DNA from: an uncultured Gemmatimonadales bacterium
GTDB lineage: Bacteria; Gemmatimonadota; Gemmatimonadetes; Longimicrobiales; RSA9
Length of the DNA: 64,000 nt
Direction: 5' to 3'
Assembly: GCA_963741945.1 (NCBI GenBank)
Contig: CAVUKA010000001.1
Span: 1,280,001-1,344,000 of the forward strand
Part shown: positions 56,439 to 64,000 of the stretch, one piece after another
How the letters are laid out: each line of letters starts with the position of its first letter
Numbering within the stretch: the stretch's first letter is position 1
Program-made: the position numbers and the translations under genes
The notes under the pieces: generated by a model
The model's database searches: none
Told to the model about the DNA's origin: nothing
The model's input: only the letters and a program-made list of their open reading frames with translations

Positions 56439-58934
56439 TCACGGGAACGCCACGCCCACGGCATCGAGCAATGGACGGAAGTGCTTGAGCCATCGCCGGG
56501 CCCGCTCGTCGCCCGCGTCCGCCCGCGCCCGCACGGTCCCCGAGTGGTCCCGCCGGAGGTCGTAGAGCGCGTTCTGCAGATTCCAGAAGTTCACCTTGAA
56601 CGGCGACGCCTTGGCCAGCACCGTGCTCGCTTCGAGGCGCTGCAGCAGGACCAGGTCGTCGGGCGCGCGCCGCAGCTCCCGCGCCATCCCTTCCAGCGTG
56701 CCCTGGAACGCGAACCCGATTCCCTCCCGGTCCAGCATGATCTCCCGGCGGCCGGCGTCCTCGAGCAGCGTGCGCACGCGGCCCACGTCCAGCTCCGGGT
56801 CCGAGACTTCGCGCAGCAGACTCGTGTTGATCACGTACTCGCCGGCGAGCGAGAGCGCCGGTGGCATGGGGATGGACAGGTCGTGCAGGAACCGCATGAG
56901 CGGGGCGTTCCGCTCGTACACCTGGCGGTACGCCGACTCCGCGTCGCCGAGCGTGGACTCGATGATCTGATCCAGCACCTGGCGGCGCTGGTCGTGGAAG
57001 AGCGACCGGAGGTTGTACGTCGAGTTGCGGAAATGGCGGTCGAGCGCCCGGATCGTGTCCGTGAACTCCGCCGCCTCGAACGGCGCGCTGACCTCATCGC
57101 GCATGGCGCTGAACTGCTCCTGTCCGGCATGGGGTCGGACGCCCGCGTGGATCGTGTGATCGCCCAGGTGGAGCACGCCGTAGCTCAGCACCGCCAGTTC
57201 CTTGGTCACGCGCGACATCACCGTGATCAGCCCCGTGGCCAGCCGCGCGCGCCCGGCCTGACGCAGGTCCACGTCCGAGACCTCGATGTTGTAGCAGTAT
57301 TCCCGCGTCTGCTCGCTCGGCTCGCCGAAGAGCGAGGAGATGGCGAAGTGCGCGCCCACTTCCGACAGGTCGACTCGCGAGCCGCGCACCGCGCGGTCAT
57401 AGATCGCGCGGCCGTCCGCCTGGGCCGGGATGTTGGAACGCGCGTCCTGCAGCTCCTGGAGAAACGGCTCCTCCACGCGGTAGTCCAGCACGTCTTCCGC
57501 GAGCTGGATCACCCGCCCCGCGTACTCGATCACCTGGACCGTCTCGATCCCGGACAACTCGTCGAAGAACCAGCCGCAGCTCGTGTACATCAGCAACGCG
57601 TGGCGCTGCAGCTCGAGCAGCTTGGTCAGGCGCACGCGCTCTTCCGCTTCCAGCGCCCGGGGCGCATGCTTCTCCAGGAACGAGTCAATGGAGTCCGGAT
57701 CCCGGTCCAGAATCACGTCGATGTAGTCGTCCCGCGCCGCCCACGGGTCCTCCACGTACTCCGACGCGGCCGCTTCGTACCGCCCCGCGAGCTCGTCGCG
57801 CAGCCAGTCCAGTGCATCCCGGAGCGGCGCCCGCCACTCCTGCGTCCATTCCGGGTGCCCTCCCGTGTTGCACCCGCAGTTGGCCTGCCACCGGTCCACG
57901 CCATGTGAGCAGCTCCAGGACGTCGATTCCACGATCCGCACCTCGTGCTCCGGCGGGTGCTTCTCGAGGAACTCCCCGTAATTGGTCAGCTTCACATCCC
58001 GTCGCTCCTCGATCGACTGGAGCGCCCGCGCCAGCGCCATGTCGCCATACCGGTGATGATGCCCGTACGTCTCGCCGTCCGTGGCGATGTGCCCGAGCTG
58101 GGCCCGGTCCCGATCGGCCTGGAACATGTCCATGAGGCGCGCCGCGAACGTGTCGCCGCTCCGCAGCAGCCCTTCGAACGCCACCGCCCGGGACACCGGT
58201 CCGTCATAGAAGAAGAGCGTGATTTCCCGACCGCTCGGCAACTTGCACAGGTAGGGGCGGGTCGGGTCGATCTTCGCCCCCGTCACATCCTCCCACCCCG
58301 CCTCGCTCGCCGGCTCCTCACGTTCACCCGCGTCACTCACCGGCGCCGCCGGCGCCAGCCCCGCCAGCGGCCGGATCGCCTCGGCCTGGTGCGGCGCGAG
58401 GATGGTGAACCGGATCCCCTGTTCCGCCAGTGCTTCCAGTGTCGGGATGTCCGCCGCCGTCTCGGCCAGCCACATCCCCTCCGGCTCGCGACCGAATCGG
58501 TGCTCGAAATCCCGCAGCCCCCAGATCACCTGGGTACGCCGGTCCCGGTCGTTCGCCAGCGGCATGATGATGTGATTGTACACCTGCGCGAGAGCCGAGC
58601 CGTGGCCGCTGAACCGCTCGAGGCTCCGCCGATCCGCGTCCAGCACCGCCTGGTACGTGACCGGCGCATGGTCCTCCATCCAGTGGAGGAGGGTGGGGCC
58701 GATGTTGAAGCTGATCCGTTCGTAGTTGTTCACCAGCTCGCGGATCCGTCCACGGTTGTCCAGGATCCGGGACACGGCGTTCGGGCCATAGCACTCGGCT
58801 TCGATCCGCGCGTTCCAGTCGTGGTAGGGGAACGCCGAATCCTGGCGCTCGATCGCTTCCAGCCACGGGTTCTCCCGCGGCGGCTGATAGAAATGCCCGT
58901 GGATGCAGAGGTATCGGGTGTTGTGGTCGCTCAT
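56439..58934 (-). CDS. GH57-family glycoside hydrolase with DUF3536
   Basis: HGHFYQPPRENPW, GMWLAETA, ATDGETYGHH, MYTSCGWFFD. Confidence 0.9.
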   Translation of the reverse strand: MSDHNTRYLCIHGHFYQPPRENPWLEAIERQDSAFPYHDWNARIEAECYGPNAVSRILDNRGRIRELVNNYERISFNIGPTLLHWMEDHAPVTYQAVLDADRRSLERFSGHGSALAQVYNHIIMPLANDRDRRTQVIWGLRDFEHRFGREPEGMWLAETAADIPTLEALAEQGIRFTILAPHQAEAIRPLAGLAPAAPVSDAGEREEPASEAGWEDVTGAKIDPTRPYLCKLPSGREITLFFYDGPVSRAVAFEGLLRSGDTFAARLMDMFQADRDRAQLGHIATDGETYGHHHRYGDMALARALQSIEERRDVKLTNYGEFLEKHPPEHEVRIVESTSWSCSHGVDRWQANCGCNTGGHPEWTQEWRAPLRDALDWLRDELAGRYEAAASEYVEDPWAARDDYIDVILDRDPDSIDSFLEKHAPRALEAEERVRLTKLLELQRHALLMYTSCGWFFDELSGIETVQVIEYAGRVIQLAEDVLDYRVEEPFLQELQDARSNIPAQADGRAIYDRAVRGSRVDLSEVGAHFAISSLFGEPSEQTREYCYNIEVSDVDLRQAGRARLATGLITVMSRVTKELAVLSYGVLHLGDHTIHAGVRPHAGQEQFSAMRDEVSAPFEAAEFTDTIRALDRHFRNSTYNLRSLFHDQRRQVLDQIIESTLGDAESAYRQVYERNAPLMRFLHDLSIPMPPALSLAGEYVINTSLLREVSDPELDVGRVRTLLEDAGRREIMLDREGIGFAFQGTLEGMARELRRAPDDLVLLQRLEASTVLAKASPFKVNFWNLQNALYDLRRDHSGTVRARADAGDERARRWLKHFRPLLDAVGVAFP

Positions 58935-59064
58935 ATGTCCTCGGGCCGCGAAGGGCCCGCCAGGGTGATGTCCCTGCGCCTTGCTGGCAGCGCACGCGCG
59001 CTGCGCTCGCGTTCGAAGCGGCCGGGCCCGGGCCGCAGGGACCCGGGCGCGGGGACCGCCCGGC

Positions 59065-60951
59065 CTACCGTCGCGGCGCCAGGAACAGCGCCCCCAGGGG
59101 AGGCAGCGTGAGCGACAGCGACTGCGCACGTCCGTGCGCCGGCTCGTGTTCGACGGGTACCACCGTCTGCGCGGCCGCGAACCCGCTCCCGCCGAAGTCC
59201 TCGGCATCGGAGTCCAGCAGCACCTCCCACGTCCCCCCGAATGGCACCCCGACCCGGTAGTCCGGCCGCGGGACAGGGGTGAAGTTGTAGACGCACAGCA
59301 CGGCGCTTTCGGGCTCCGCCCCGCGCCGGAGGAAGGCGACGACGCTGTTCGCCCGGTCGTCGCCGATCACCCACTCGTATCCTTCCGGGACCGTGTCCTT
59401 CTCGTGAAGCTCCGGACGCCCACGGTAGAGCGTGTTCAGCGCCGATGTCAGCTTCAGCAGTCCCCGGTGCTCCGGATTCTCGAGCAGCCCCCACTCCAGC
59501 TCCTGTTCGTGGGCCCATTCGCTCGACTGACCGAACTCACCGCCCATGAAGAGCAGCTTCTTCCCCGGCTGGCCGTACATGTAGCCCAGCAGCGTCCGGA
59601 GGTTGGCCCGCTTCTGCCAGTCATCGCCGGGCATCTTGCCGAGCAGCGATCCCTTCCCGTACACCACCTCGTCGTGCGACAGAGGGAGCGTGTAGTTCTC
59701 GGTGAACATGTACACGGCGCGGAAAGTGATCTCATCGTGATGATAGGCACGGTGCACCGGCTCGTGCGCCATGTATTCCAGCGTGTCATGCATCCACCCC
59801 ATGTCCCACTTCAGCCCGAACCCCAGCCCGCCGATCTCCGTCGGCCGCGACACCATGGGCCACGCCGTCGACTCCTCGGCGAAGGTCTGCACGTCCGGGA
59901 ATCGCTCGTACACGGCCTCGTTGAGCTGCCGCAGAAAGGAGATCGCCTCCAGGTTCTCGCGCCCACCGTGCTGGTTCGGGATCCACTCCCCCTCCTGGCG
60001 GGAGTAGTCCAGGTAGAGCATGGAGGCCACTGCGTCCACGCGCAGCCCGTCCACGTGATACCGTTCGAGCCAGAACATCGCGCTGCTGATCAGGAAGCTC
60101 CGGACTTCGTTCCGACCGTAATTGAAGATCCCCGACTTCCAGTCGGGGTGGTAGCCCTTGCGCGGATCCGAGTGCTCGAACAGGTGTGTGCCGTCGAAGA
60201 ATGCCAGCCCGTGCTCGTCGTTCGGGAAATGACTGGGCACCCAGTCCAGGATCACCCCGATCCCCTCCTGGTGCAGGTGGTCCACCAGGTACATGAAATC
60301 CTGCGGTGTGCCGAACCGGCTCGTGGGGGCGAAGTATCCCGTGGTCTGGTAACCCCACGACCCGAAGAACGGGTGCTCCATGATGGGCAGCAGCTCGACA
60401 TGCGTGAACCCGGCTTCCCGCACGTACTCCGCCAGCCGCGGCGCCATCTCACGGTACGTGTTGAATTCCCGGTCGGGCGGCCGCATCCAGGAGCCGAGGT
60501 GCACTTCGTAGATGGAGATCGGCGAGTCCAGCCGGTTCCGCTCGCCCCGATGCTCCATCCACGCCCCGTCGCCCCACTCGTACTCAAGGTCCCATACCAC
60601 GGAGCCGGTCTTCGGCGGCGTCTCCTGGTGGAAACCCACCGGGTCCGCCTTGTCCACGCTGTAGCCGTTGTGCTGCGAGCGGATGTGGTACTTGTAGATC
60701 GATCCTTTCTCCGCGCTCGCCACCACGCCGGTCCAGATCCCCGACGAGCCCTGCGGCTCCAGCGGCGACGCGTCCTTGTCCCAGTCGTTGAAGTCGCCGA
60801 TCACCGTCACCGACTCCGCCGACGGCGCCCACACGGCGAAGCGCGTCCCCCCCTCCTCCACGTGCGCACCGAGCCGCTCGTACACCGCCCGGTGACTCCC
60901 CTCGTTGAAGAGGTATCGATCGTATTCCGTCAGCACCGCCGATTCGCTCAT
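59065..60951 (-). CDS. glgB: 1,4-alpha-glucan branching enzyme
   Basis: [40 protein letters not shown]. Confidence 0.96.
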   Translation of the reverse strand: MSESAVLTEYDRYLFNEGSHRAVYERLGAHVEEGGTRFAVWAPSAESVTVIGDFNDWDKDASPLEPQGSSGIWTGVVASAEKGSIYKYHIRSQHNGYSVDKADPVGFHQETPPKTGSVVWDLEYEWGDGAWMEHRGERNRLDSPISIYEVHLGSWMRPPDREFNTYREMAPRLAEYVREAGFTHVELLPIMEHPFFGSWGYQTTGYFAPTSRFGTPQDFMYLVDHLHQEGIGVILDWVPSHFPNDEHGLAFFDGTHLFEHSDPRKGYHPDWKSGIFNYGRNEVRSFLISSAMFWLERYHVDGLRVDAVASMLYLDYSRQEGEWIPNQHGGRENLEAISFLRQLNEAVYERFPDVQTFAEESTAWPMVSRPTEIGGLGFGLKWDMGWMHDTLEYMAHEPVHRAYHHDEITFRAVYMFTENYTLPLSHDEVVYGKGSLLGKMPGDDWQKRANLRTLLGYMYGQPGKKLLFMGGEFGQSSEWAHEQELEWGLLENPEHRGLLKLTSALNTLYRGRPELHEKDTVPEGYEWVIGDDRANSVVAFLRRGAEPESAVLCVYNFTPVPRPDYRVGVPFGGTWEVLLDSDAEDFGGSGFAAAQTVVPVEHEPAHGRAQSLSLTLPPLGALFLAPRR

Positions 60952-63116
60952 CCGTTCCCTTCCCTCGACTCGTCCAATGCTCGCAACTGCTCCGCCACCG
61001 CCGGGTCCCGGAGTGCTCCGAGCGGGCGACGAGCCCGCCTCCGCCAGTTCCGGTCCGTGGTGGTCCCCGGCACGTTCTGGGGCTCCATCTCCAGCCACAG
61101 GTCCTCCAGCGTCGCAAGGACCAATCCGGCCCGCGAGCTCCCCATCCACCTCAGCCATTCCCCGTGCACCCTCCTCGCCTCCTCCACGTTCCTGCTCCCG
61201 GCCGGGTGCGACGGCGCGGGCGTGGCCGCTTCCGGGGCTCCAGCCCCCTCCGCGCGCTCGTCCGTGACCGGGCGCGCCCCGGTGCCTGATACACCGGCCC
61301 AGTGCGCCAGCTTGCGCCTCAGCTCCGCCCGCCCCTCCAGCTCCGCTTCGGCTCGCTCCGACGACATCAGCCCCAGCTCGCGGCGCATCTCCGCGTCCCT
61401 TCCCCACCACCACCCCGCGAACGTGGGCGTGTCGTGCGTATCGATGGAGGCCAGCGCACCCGGCGGCACCGGCCGCGGGAGGAGGGTGCCCCCCGCCCCC
61501 TCCGTCAGCTCGAACTCGCCGACCCACATGCCCGGGAACCCGTGGCGGCGCATGGCTCGTCGCACCTCTCGCGGCACCGTCCCCAGGTCCTCCCCCACGA
61601 TCACGGCCCCCGCGCGTCGCGACTCGAGGCAGAGGATCGCGTACAGCTCCTCCGCCGGATAGCGAACGTAGACGCCATGCGCGGAGTCCACACCGCTCGG
61701 GACCCAGAACATCCGGTGAAGCTGCATCACATGGTCGATCCGCAGCACGCGGGCGAAGCGCAGGTGCTTGCGGATGGATGCGATGAAGTAGGCGTGCCGC
61801 TGCTGCCGGCTCTCTTCGGGGTGCAGCGGAGGGAAGCCCCAGTTCTGGCCGCCCGTGGCCAGTGGGTCGGGCGGTGCGCCCGCGGCCGCCCCGGTGGCGA
61901 AGATCGCGCGCTCGCGCCAGACGTCGTAGCCGTCGGGGTGCACGCCCAGCGGGAGGTCGAGGTACAGCCCCACACCCCGGTCCTCCGCCGATTCCTTCGC
62001 CTGCGCCAGCTCCCGCTCCGCCGCCCACTGGACGTACACGTGGTAGCGCGCGGCCTCTTCCGGGTAATCGCCCGGGCGCACGTCCCGCGCTCGCAGCCGG
62101 TCCGGCCAGCGGGGCCACGGCCCTCGCGCTTCCGTCAGCGCGCGGAACCGCGCGTAGTCTTCCACTCGCGGGTTCCTGGCCCGGAACGCCTCCATCTCCG
62201 CCGGCCAGCCGCTGCCGCCGCCGAACAGCTCCACCGCCCGCCGCTCCAGCGGCGGCCTCTTCACCGCCATTGCCGACCGGCCATCGAACGGGGCCGGTCT
62301 GCCGGAGCCCGAGCCGCGGGGCCGGGTCGCGACCGCCGCGCCCGCGCCGGCGTCCGGCCGGACGTACACCTCGTTCCAGAACAGGCGGCTCACCGGCGCG
62401 TACGGGCTCGGCTCGTACGGGTGGTCGAGGAACGACGCCAGCAGCGGGAGCGTTCCCACCACCGTTCCGCCATGGCGCGCCACTTCCCCGGCCAGCCGGT
62501 CCAGAAGGTCGAACGTGGGCGCGCCTCCACCCTCCGCATAGAGCGCGTACAGCGGGGCGAACACGCCCCAGTGGCGGCCCTCCCCCAGCGCCTCCCACCC
62601 GGCCGCCCGCGCCGGCGCCGACACCAGCAGTGCCGTATGCGCTTCCGGCGGGCGACCTGCAGCATTCACGGTCACGTGCAGGTCGTGATAGCCGTGCGGG
62701 AGAGCGGGGAGCGGCACGCTCACGCGCGTCCAGGCCATGCCGTCCACCGTGGCCGATTCCATGGCTTCCAGCGACTCCGTTTCCGCCGACCACGCCCGCT
62801 CGCCGGCGTCCTCCAGCACCACAACGACCTCGAGACGGGCCGGACGGGTGCCGCGCAGCCGGACGCCGAACGAGGACGGGCGATCGTCCCACGCCACCAC
62901 CAGCGGCTCCAGCGCCCGCTCCCACCGCTCCCGACGGCCGCGCGCCACGAGCCGGGGCGCGTCGCCGGCTTCGCGCAGCGGCACCCGCAGCGCGCGCAGC
63001 GCGGCCATCAGCGATTCCGGCGATGCGGTCACCCGCTGGCCGTCGTTGTCCCTGTACGCGGTCTGGACGCCGTGCAGCAGGGCGAGGTCGTGCAGTCCCT
63101 TCGGCGCGGCGGGCAT
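60948..63116 (-). CDS. malQ: 4-alpha-glucanotransferase (GH77)
   Basis: [41 protein letters not shown]. Confidence 0.92.
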   Translation of the reverse strand: MPAAPKGLHDLALLHGVQTAYRDNDGQRVTASPESLMAALRALRVPLREAGDAPRLVARGRRERWERALEPLVVAWDDRPSSFGVRLRGTRPARLEVVVVLEDAGERAWSAETESLEAMESATVDGMAWTRVSVPLPALPHGYHDLHVTVNAAGRPPEAHTALLVSAPARAAGWEALGEGRHWGVFAPLYALYAEGGGAPTFDLLDRLAGEVARHGGTVVGTLPLLASFLDHPYEPSPYAPVSRLFWNEVYVRPDAGAGAAVATRPRGSGSGRPAPFDGRSAMAVKRPPLERRAVELFGGGSGWPAEMEAFRARNPRVEDYARFRALTEARGPWPRWPDRLRARDVRPGDYPEEAARYHVYVQWAAERELAQAKESAEDRGVGLYLDLPLGVHPDGYDVWRERAIFATGAAAGAPPDPLATGGQNWGFPPLHPEESRQQRHAYFIASIRKHLRFARVLRIDHVMQLHRMFWVPSGVDSAHGVYVRYPAEELYAILCLESRRAGAVIVGEDLGTVPREVRRAMRRHGFPGMWVGEFELTEGAGGTLLPRPVPPGALASIDTHDTPTFAGWWWGRDAEMRRELGLMSSERAEAELEGRAELRRKLAHWAGVSGTGARPVTDERAEGAGAPEAATPAPSHPAGSRNVEEARRVHGEWLRWMGSSRAGLVLATLEDLWLEMEPQNVPGTTTDRNWRRRARRPLGALRDPAVAEQLRALDESREGNG

Positions 63117-64000
63117 CAGGCCTTTCCGTTCAGGAGCTGCCGGATGCCGAGGATCGGGACCCGCACCCAGTCGGGACGGTTGTTCAGCTCGTAGCCGAGC
63201 TCGTAGACGGCCTTCTCCAGCAGGTGCGCCTCCAGGAGCGTGCGCAGCTGGTCCTCCCGCGTGGGGAGGAACGCCTGCCCCTTCTCGCCCGCCCGCGCTT
63301 CCCGCAGGTACGCGCGCAGGAACGCCGCGCTCGCCCAGCCGGCCCAGAACCGCACCCAGCGCTCGGGCTTCTGCCGGTCCTTCGGCCGGGACGCCCCCCG
63401 CGCCTCCTCGTCCGCGAGGGCCGTGTAGGCCGCATAGTGGAACGAGCGCAGCATCCCGGCCACGTCCGACAGCGGTGACCGCTTCAGCCGCCGCTCCGTC
63501 AGCGGCCTGGCCGGCTCCCCCTCGAAATCGATGATGATGAAGTCGCGGCCCGTGTACAGCACCTGACCGAGATGGTAGTCGCCATGGGTGCGGATGCGCT
63601 GCGCATCCATCTTCTCCCCCACCAGCGCTCCCATCCGCGACAGGATCTCGCCACTCCGCTCCAGCACCGAGCCCGCGTCGCTCCGCACGGCCTCGGGCAG
63701 CATGCGCAACTCACGGGACAGCGTCTGCAGCGTCCGCCCGGTCAGGTTCCGCATGGACTGGTACAGCGACCGCTGGTACAGCGCGCTGAACGGCTCGGGC
63801 GCGAATTCCTTCCGGTCGATCCCGGCGGCCAGGGCGCGGTGCATTTCCGCCGTCCTCTGGCCGATGGTCCGGGCGGCCTCCAGGTACGATCCCAGGAGCT
63901 GCTTCGCCAGCTCGGGGGGCGCGTCGGCCGCTGCACGCTCCAGCATCCCGTTCACGTCCAGCGCCAGCCGGTCCGGCTTCGCTTCCGTGCTCCGCGCCCG
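63116..64000 (-). CDS. Maltokinase (Pep2/Mak) domain, probably the C-terminus of a TreS-Mak fusion; runs off window end
   Basis: [41 protein letters not shown]; frame open to 64000. Confidence 0.88.
   Translation of the reverse strand, partial: RARSTEAKPDRLALDVNGMLERAAADAPPELAKQLLGSYLEAARTIGQRTAEMHRALAAGIDRKEFAPEPFSALYQRSLYQSMRNLTGRTLQTLSRELRMLPEAVRSDAGSVLERSGEILSRMGALVGEKMDAQRIRTHGDYHLGQVLYTGRDFIIIDFEGEPARPLTERRLKRSPLSDVAGMLRSFHYAAYTALADEEARGASRPKDRQKPERWVRFWAGWASAAFLRAYLREARAGEKGQAFLPTREDQLRTLLEAHLLEKAVYELGYELNNRPDWVRVPILGIRQLLNGKA

Noticed and set aside
59065-62925. 1286-aa extended GlgB
   Set aside because: The extension overlaps malQ in another frame; the real start is 60951, overlapping the malQ stop

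Overview
High-GC bacterial chromosomal segment. Gene style and families suggest Gemmatimonadota (Longimicrobiales-like); this is inference. Left to right: 5' end of ggt; a CGGC-domain gene preceded by a frameshifted NifB/NifX-like remnant; an OmpA-family protein with a (V/L)PGDQ(F/Y)x6 repeat; TPP-riboswitch-controlled thiC with two frameshifts; a four-gene cassette (secreted 4-Cys peptide, propeller-like lipoprotein, divergent ABC ATPase, membrane protein); mobB; a sulfur-respiration operon (SqrR/BigR-like ArsR, psrABC-like, two YeeE/YedE, one ending in a rhodanese-like domain and GGC tail) behind a sigma54 promoter and PAS-EBP activator; several single genes; a ~16.4 kb operon interleaving two 2-oxoacid:ferredoxin oxidoreductases with a full Rnf set, apbE and four unexplained accessory proteins; a two-armed intergenic repeat; infA and csp; tandem M14 peptidases; surface protease, lipoprotein and barrel genes; and a glycogen/trehalose cluster. 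Best candidates for undescribed systems: the peptide cassette (7385-9993) and the OFOR-Rnf supercluster (26361-42803). All calls are by-eye motif recognition; no searches were run.
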